Below, piece after piece: positions 58,305 to 64,000 of a DNA stretch of 64,000 nt. The notes under the pieces were generated by a model. The model had not been told where the DNA came from. It made no database searches and saw only the letters and a list, made by a program, of their open reading frames with translations. The DNA comes from Rikenellaceae bacterium DTU049. GTDB lineage: Bacteria > Bacteroidota > Bacteroidia > Bacteroidales > DTU049. How positions within the stretch are numbered: position 1 is the stretch's first letter; each line of letters opens with the position of its first letter. The DNA is taken from NCBI GenBank assembly GCA_001513285.1, contig LFTI01000101.1, positions 1,309 to 65,308 of the forward strand, in the 5' to 3' direction. Both the position numbers and the translations under genes were made by a program.

Positions 58305-59144
58305 ATGAAAATCGATTTTAATAGTGCTCTTTTTGCTATAATAGCAACTATTGTAATCTGGTTTTTTTTTAGATTATCTATTCCACAGAATATTAACATA
58401 CCAATAAATATTTCTATTGACTTAACTGATAATTTAAGTATAGATACTAATACTACTGGCACTTTTAGAGGTGAAGGGTATTTATTTTTACTAAATAATA
58501 AAATTTTTAAAGATACCTTTTATATTGTTATTAATAATTATATAAAAAATGAAAAAGATGACACTATTACTTATATCATTTCTAAAAACAACATCATTTC
58601 TAAAATTAATACAGACTATTTGAATAATTTGAATATTAATTTGGTAAATTTGAATATTGATAGTTTAATATTTGATAGGTTAAACATTGTAGAAAAAGAT
58701 TTACAAATACAACCTAATTATAAAATTAATTTGAGTGATAATTACGATGTAGCTAATGTAAAAGTGTCCCCTTCTAAAGTGAAAGTATTATTGAAAAAAA
58801 CTGAAGCTGACACCATTAATGTTTTAAATACTGAGCTATTTTATATTGATAATCTAAACAAGAAATCTGATACAGTCTCACTATCAAATTTACCTGAACA
58901 AGTTAAATTTAAAAAACCTATTAATAAAGTAATCGTTAACTACGATATCGTAAAATACTATGATACGACCTTTTCATTTCTTTATGATCAGAACAATTAT
59001 ACTTTTAATATATCAACCAAAGAACCTATTTCAAAAAATCAATTTCGAATTATTAATCGTAACGATTCTATAATACTAGAGCCAAATTCTGAAATTAAAA
59101 ATAAAATTATAAAAATTCAACCTCTCTCCTATCCTATCAAGTAA
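58305..59144 (+). CDS. YbbR-like domain-containing protein
   Basis: 279 aa with an N-terminal TM segment. The yajC-X-coaE position is the conserved place of YbbR-like proteins in Bacteroidota. Sequence-level support is weak. Confidence 0.5.
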   Translation: MKIDFNSALFAIIATIVIWFFFRLSIPQNINIPINISIDLTDNLSIDTNTTGTFRGEGYLFLLNNKIFKDTFYIVINNYIKNEKDDTITYIISKNNIISKINTDYLNNLNINLVNLNIDSLIFDRLNIVEKDLQIQPNYKINLSDNYDVANVKVSPSKVKVLLKKTEADTINVLNTELFYIDNLNKKSDTVSLSNLPEQVKFKKPINKVIVNYDIVKYYDTTFSFLYDQNNYTFNISTKEPISKNQFRIINRNDSIILEPNSEIKNKIIKIQPLSYPIK

Positions 59145-59154
59145 TTTATTAATT

Positions 59155-59745
59155 ATGAATAAATGTATTATTGGGATAACTGGAAATATAGGAAGTGGTA
59201 AAAGTACTTTTGCTAGGTGGTTTAGTGATTTAGATTGTTGCGTAATAGATTTAGATTCTACTGCTAAAACGTTGTATTTCCATGATATTTTTAGACAAAA
59301 TGTAATTGATATTTTAGGTATAGATCCTCTAGATGGTGATAAATTAAAAACTACAGAAATTTCTGATATTATTTATTCTCATGATGATAAATTTAATAAA
59401 TTAACACAATTATTTTCTCAATTTCTTCCATCTATAATTAATAAAACCATAAACACTTGCAATAAAAATTATATTATTATTGATGCTGCTTTATTATTTG
59501 AATATGAATTAGACAAAATATGTGATATTACTATATGTATCTATGCCCCACTGGATGTACGATATGAAAGAATCAAAACATCTAGAAATAATATTTTTGA
59601 TTACGATAGATTTATTCAAATAGATAGCCATCAGCTGCCAAATGATTTTAAATGCGAAAAAGCAGATTTTTGCGTGAAAAATATTTCTGATATAGAACAT
59701 TTAAGAAATGAATTCTTAAAAATTTCTAAAAATATAATAAAATAA
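59155..59745 (+). CDS. coaE: dephospho-CoA kinase
   Basis: 196 aa. P-loop 'GITGNIGSGKST' and 'IIIDAALLFE'. Confidence 0.88.
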   Translation: MNKCIIGITGNIGSGKSTFARWFSDLDCCVIDLDSTAKTLYFHDIFRQNVIDILGIDPLDGDKLKTTEISDIIYSHDDKFNKLTQLFSQFLPSIINKTINTCNKNYIIIDAALLFEYELDKICDITICIYAPLDVRYERIKTSRNNIFDYDRFIQIDSHQLPNDFKCEKADFCVKNISDIEHLRNEFLKISKNIIK

Positions 59746-59774
59746 AATTAATAATATTGATAATATTTTTTCTA

Positions 59775-60773
59775 ATGGATTATTATAAAATATTGAAAAT
59801 AAATAGATTATTAAAAAATGAAAGATTAAAAATATTAGGCTTTAGTATTTTATATTTGCTGCGTCGTAGACATCTAAATATTTTTTTAGATCCAGTATTA
59901 AATTGTAATTTTAGGTGTGTAATGTGTTATTTCAGTGATCCAGATTTTAAGCCCGATAAAGATAAATTTAAAATAGAGGATATAGATTTTATAGCAAACA
60001 ATTTTTTTAATTATGCTATCAGAGTTCAGATAGGATGTGCAGCAGAACCCACTTTATTTCCACATAATGAAAAGATAATTCAAGAAGCAAAAAAACATCA
60101 TGTGCCTTATGTATCTCTCACTACCAATGCTTCTGTGTTGAATTATGAAAAAATAAAACAATATTTTACTGCTGGACTTGATGAAATAATAATTTCAATG
60201 CATGGTTGCTCAAAAGAAATTTATGAATCAATGATGCCTAGAGCTAAAATTGAGCACTTACATCAAGTTCTTAGTGATATTTCAGAATTAAAAAAAACAT
60301 ATCCATCCGTTAGGTTAAGATTAAATTTTACTATCAATCCAGATAATGTAGATGATCTTAAAAATATAAAATCGTATTTAGATAATTATAACATTGACAT
60401 ATTACAAATTCGCCCAATACGTAGATTAGGTAATACAGCTTATAGAGATTTTAATATCAAAAAAATTCAACCAAAATATTCTCAAATAATTGAATGGATC
60501 GAGCAAGAATGCTTAAATAAAGGTATTATTACATTAATTACTAAAGAACTTCCAGACGAAAAATTATATAGAAATAAAATAGATATTGCTAATTATACAT
60601 ATTTTTACATATCACCTAAACAAATCAAGGAACTACCTAAAAATAAATTTTCTTATTATAAGCATTCAAGAAAAAATGGTATTTATAAAAGAATCTTCCA
60701 AGATATTTTTACAAAAAAAGATGATATATATCAGTCAGATGTAAGTTTTGGCAATTATGATGTTAAAATTTAA
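59775..60773 (+). CDS. radical SAM protein, unknown specificity
   Basis: 'CNFRCVMCYF' CxxxCxxC cluster motif. No obvious SPASM or B12 domain. The ATG at 59775 is preferred over the TTG at 59757. Confidence 0.7.
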   Translation: MDYYKILKINRLLKNERLKILGFSILYLLRRRHLNIFLDPVLNCNFRCVMCYFSDPDFKPDKDKFKIEDIDFIANNFFNYAIRVQIGCAAEPTLFPHNEKIIQEAKKHHVPYVSLTTNASVLNYEKIKQYFTAGLDEIIISMHGCSKEIYESMMPRAKIEHLHQVLSDISELKKTYPSVRLRLNFTINPDNVDDLKNIKSYLDNYNIDILQIRPIRRLGNTAYRDFNIKKIQPKYSQIIEWIEQECLNKGIITLITKELPDEKLYRNKIDIANYTYFYISPKQIKELPKNKFSYYKHSRKNGIYKRIFQDIFTKKDDIYQSDVSFGNYDVKI

Positions 60774-60815
60774 GTTTTTTATAAATTTTTGAAATAAAAA
60801 TTCAAAAAATTTTTT

Positions 60816-60823
60816 TAATTTTG
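60816..60823 (+). promoter_or_regulatory. Bacteroidota-type -7 promoter box (TAnnTTTG)
   Basis: 'taattttg' lies 20 nt upstream of the ATG at 60844. Confidence 0.4.
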
Positions 60824-60843
60824 TATATTAAATAAAAAAAATT

Positions 60844-62886
60844 ATGCGAAAACTATTTATATCTCTGTTATTACTATTTTCAGTGCAATTATTTAGTGCA
60901 CCAATTAGTAAAAATATTGCTTATAAAATTGCGGAATATTATTTGCAATTAATAGATAAAAGCACAGAAAAAATTGTAGTTACTGAAGCTAATTTACCAA
61001 AATGGTTAGCAATTACTGATGAATTATATGTTTTTGAAAGTAATAATGCCTATGTAATAATATCTGGTGATGATGCTGCTGTGCCTATATTGGCATATTC
61101 GGATGAAGGTACATTCTCTAATAAAGATAGCATATGCCCAGGTGTAACTATTTTTTTGACACAATATAAAACTCAGATCAAAAATATTAGACTAAATAAT
61201 CTATCTGCTACAAATGAAATCAAAGCACAATGGGATGCTTTGATTAATAAAAACTACAAATCTAGAACTCAAGTAGGACCATTATTATATGCTAACTGGA
61301 ATCAGGATTGCGGTTATAATGCACTTTGCCCCGCAGATCCAGATGGACCATGTGGACACGTTTATGCTGGATGTGTAGCTACAGCTATGGCTATGAATAT
61401 GTTTTATTATAGATATCCCACCAATCCTACAGGTTTTGTTATTCATTATACACAAGGGTATGGTACATTAACAGTTAATTTGAATCAACAAACTTATGAT
61501 TATGATAAAATGCCCAGTGCTATTATAGATTCTAGCTATGAGATTGCCAAATTAATTTATCATTGTGGTGTAGCCGTTAAAATGGGATATAGTCCTGATG
61601 GCTCTGGAGCTCAATTAAGTACTGCTGCAAGTAAAATGAAAAATAATTTTGGTTATAATTCTAACTTAAGTCTTAAATATCGTGATGGATATTTAGATAA
61701 TGAATGGGCTACAATGCTTAAAGAACAACTAGATCAGAAAATAATTCTACAATATGCTGCTTTTAACGAAAATAGTGGGCATGCATTCATATGTGATGGA
61801 TATTCAGATAATGATTATTTTCATTTCAATTGGGGATGGAGTGGGTATTATAATGGATTTTTTTACATTAATAACTTAAATCCTGGATATAATTTTGAAT
61901 ATGGACATCAAGCTATTTTTGATTGTTATCCCGTATCCACAAACTATTCATGCTCAAATAATGTATTAACAAGTCATGAAGGTTCTATAACATCTAGTGC
62001 ACCAAATTTATCTAATTATGAAAATAATATGAATTGCACATGGCTAATAAATATTCCTGATACTTTAGCTAGAATTACTTTAACATTTAGATATTTCTCT
62101 ACATTGGCTGGTGATACTTTATATATCTACAATGGTAATGATGATAATGGGCAAATATTATACAAATTTTCTGGCGACAATGTACCAACAACATTAGATA
62201 TTTATCATAATCCAATTTTTATAAAATTTGTATCTGATAGCGTAGACACAGAAAAAGGTTTTTTGATAGATTATCATGGTAAACCAGCTGATTTTTGCAA
62301 AATTTTGACCATATATAATAATCCCACCGAAATTGTTTTATCCGATGGAAGTGGCTCCCATAATTATAGACCAAATTCAAGCTGTAGATGGTTCATAAAT
62401 AATAATGAAGGCTCAATATATAATTATAATCCTACTCTATTTGACCTTTCTTTTGGTGACACACTTAAAATTTATGAAAGAATCAATAGCACAGATGTTT
62501 TGCTATATAATTTTCATAAAAATAATCAAGCTCATTCATTCTCTTCTAATGCATCTAGAGTAATATTTTATTTTATTACAGACGATACATATCAAGCAGA
62601 TGGTTTTGAATTTACTATTAGTAAACAAATGTCTATAACAAACTATCAAGATTATGAAGATCTAAAATATTCTATTATTGATGATAATTTATATATATGG
62701 ATAAATTCCAATCTCGATAATGATATTACTTTATACTCACTTTCTGGTCAAGAAATTTATCATATTTCATCATCAGCTAATAATGATAAACCCATTATAG
62801 TTCCCTTTAATTATAGCAGTGGTATATATTTTCTCAAACAACAAAATAGCCAAAAAACTAATCTATTTAAAATTGCCAAATTTTAA
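60844..62886 (+). CDS. C10 (streptopain/SpeB-like) cysteine peptidase with two CUB-like domains and a T9SS CTD
   Basis: Signal peptide and an inhibitor-like prodomain. Catalytic region 'WNQDCGYNALCP...YAGCVATAMA' and 'SGHAFICDGY...FHFNWGWSG'. Two modules of about 110 aa show the CUB pattern ('NCTWLINIP...ITLTF.YF...GDTLYIYNG...GFLIDY'). CTD 'SSGIYFLKQ'. Confidence 0.8.
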   Translation: MRKLFISLLLLFSVQLFSAPISKNIAYKIAEYYLQLIDKSTEKIVVTEANLPKWLAITDELYVFESNNAYVIISGDDAAVPILAYSDEGTFSNKDSICPGVTIFLTQYKTQIKNIRLNNLSATNEIKAQWDALINKNYKSRTQVGPLLYANWNQDCGYNALCPADPDGPCGHVYAGCVATAMAMNMFYYRYPTNPTGFVIHYTQGYGTLTVNLNQQTYDYDKMPSAIIDSSYEIAKLIYHCGVAVKMGYSPDGSGAQLSTAASKMKNNFGYNSNLSLKYRDGYLDNEWATMLKEQLDQKIILQYAAFNENSGHAFICDGYSDNDYFHFNWGWSGYYNGFFYINNLNPGYNFEYGHQAIFDCYPVSTNYSCSNNVLTSHEGSITSSAPNLSNYENNMNCTWLINIPDTLARITLTFRYFSTLAGDTLYIYNGNDDNGQILYKFSGDNVPTTLDIYHNPIFIKFVSDSVDTEKGFLIDYHGKPADFCKILTIYNNPTEIVLSDGSGSHNYRPNSSCRWFINNNEGSIYNYNPTLFDLSFGDTLKIYERINSTDVLLYNFHKNNQAHSFSSNASRVIFYFITDDTYQADGFEFTISKQMSITNYQDYEDLKYSIIDDNLYIWINSNLDNDITLYSLSGQEIYHISSSANNDKPIIVPFNYSSGIYFLKQQNSQKTNLFKIAKF

Positions 62887-62902
62887 TTTTATATTTTTTA
62901 CT

Positions 62903-63184
62903 ATGAGAGACCCAGTACCATTAAGTGAAATGCTAAGAAAGACTTTAGTTAATTATAGAGTTGAAAAAAAATATGTAATATCTATTATTAAAAATAACTG
63001 GGAAGAATTGGTAGGGAGCTATATAGCGGAGCAAACTTTATCGTTAGATATCCGTAAACGTATTTTATATATCAATATTAAATCTGGAGTAATAAAATAT
63101 GAATTATCACTGCAGAGTGAGGAATTAATGAAACGCATAAATGATTTATTTCCTTATCCCGTAATAAATCAAATAGTTGTTTAG
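62903..63184 (+). CDS. DUF721 (DciA-like) domain protein
   Basis: 'PLSEMLRKTL...IIKNNWEELVG..IAEQT....IRKRILYINIKSGVIKYELS' fits DUF721. The ATG at 62903 is preferred because the track start at 62819 overlaps the upstream gene. Confidence 0.6.
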   Translation: MRDPVPLSEMLRKTLVNYRVEKKYVISIIKNNWEELVGSYIAEQTLSLDIRKRILYINIKSGVIKYELSLQSEELMKRINDLFPYPVINQIVV

Positions 63185-63265
63185 TAAAAATTTTTTGTAA
63201 AGATTTTACAATAGAATATCCTTTATAAATTTACATTAGAAAATGATAAAAATATTAAATTACAT

Positions 63266-63820
63266 TTAAATTTCTTTGACATTCTCTAAAATTCTATCCA
63301 CTTGATTTGGAAATCTTCGTTTTAATGCATCTTTGACAAAAAACAATACAGGTATCCTTTGTTTTTTTCCTAAATCAAAAGCAGCTGAGCATGTATGCCA
63401 TCTATTCAAAGTTAAATGATAAAATCCTATTAATTTATACACTCTAATAGGATATAAATGACATGAGATTGGTTTATAAAACTCAATTAATCCCTCTGTA
63501 AATAATTTCTCGAAGATACAAATAGTGCAGTTATTTTCTACAATAGCGTATGCGCAGTCTCCAGTATCTTTTAGTGGAGTAACTATGTCACTTTGGATGT
63601 CCAACTCGTAAACACCTGTTGCATCTATAGATTTTTTACCTCCAGCATCTAAAAAGTCATAATATTTTTCAATATTTTCTTCTAACCAGGTAACTTCTTC
63701 TTTTTCTATAGGTGCACCTGCTTCACCTTCTACACAACATATACCATGACATTTGTTTAAATCACAAGCAAAATATGATGTGAATAACTCATTATCAATG
63801 ATTAAATTATCAATTATCAT
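63266..63820 (-). CDS. DUF3109-like Cys-rich protein
   Basis: 184 aa. 'FACDLNKCHGICCVEGEAGAP' and further conserved Cys residues. Bacteroidota-typical family by recollection. Confidence 0.5.
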   Translation of the reverse strand: MIIDNLIIDNELFTSYFACDLNKCHGICCVEGEAGAPIEKEEVTWLEENIEKYYDFLDAGGKKSIDATGVYELDIQSDIVTPLKDTGDCAYAIVENNCTICIFEKLFTEGLIEFYKPISCHLYPIRVYKLIGFYHLTLNRWHTCSAAFDLGKKQRIPVLFFVKDALKRRFPNQVDRILENVKEI

Positions 63821-63825
63821 ATAAA

Positions 63826-64000
63826 TTATTCAGGATTTGGTCGCCCTAGTGGTTTGCCATGCTTCCATAAATAGTCTAGCTCTTCTTCTTCTTTTTTCTG
63901 ATTAGCTAAAAAATCTTTATCATCTAATATATCTAGATTAGGTTGTCCTGCATTCACCCATGCAGTGTACCAAAAAGAGGCAACATCTAATACCGATTTT
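63826..64000 (-). CDS. C-terminal part of a gene running off the window (possibly zinc-dependent phospholipase C / S1-P1-like family)
   Basis: The reverse-strand translation ends '...VASFWYTAWVNAGQPNLDILDDKDFLANQKKEEEELDYLWKHGKPLGRPNPE*'. The 'WYTAW..AGQP' ending is a weak recollection of that family. Confidence 0.3.
   Translation of the reverse strand, partial: KSVLDVASFWYTAWVNAGQPNLDILDDKDFLANQKKEEEELDYLWKHGKPLGRPNPE

Overview
AT-rich chromosomal window that looks like a low-GC Bacteroidota genome. Support: four proteins end in T9SS-type C-terminal sorting domains, many genes are preceded by the TAnnTTTG -7 promoter box, and the synteny is typical (zapA-rny, grpE-dnaJ, M23-dxr-rseP, yajC-ybbR-coaE, topA/parC). 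Most of the window is housekeeping: rny, grpE, dnaJ, rfbB, galE, dxr, rseP, guaB, two SurA/PpiC-type PPIases, MoxR ATPase, ClC channel, topA, parC, yajC, coaE and one tRNA-Arg(ACG). Accessory or unusual content falls into six groups. (1) A T9SS-cargo block at about 10.4-20.8 kb holds a 7x174-bp tandem-repeat propeller-like protein and a 1276-aa phage-tail-fibre-like protein with two endosialidase-type (S74) chaperone domains. It also holds a duplicated 5' fragment of that gene, two unknown lipoproteins and a frameshifted Cys-rich lipoprotein gene. (2) A roughly 135-bp promoter + 5'UTR + lipoprotein signal-peptide module is present four times. (3) Two families of dispersed intergenic repeats are present. 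One is a modular family found in direct orientation after four + strand genes. The other consists of strand-asymmetric C/T-rich (or inverted G/A-rich) modules that stand out in this AT-rich DNA. (4) There is one IS1595-like transposase gene and one 5'-truncated paralog, both abutting the C/T-rich modules. The truncated copy lies in a 2.3-kb islet with two uncharacterised genes. (5) A Tat-signal-bearing AmmeMemoRadiSam-type radical SAM enzyme occurs without its usual partner genes. (6) One gene is split by a single in-frame TGA, and a C10 protease carries tandem CUB-like domains. I found no CRISPR array, rRNA, recognisable defence system or prophage. All family calls rest on motif recognition by eye, not on database searches.
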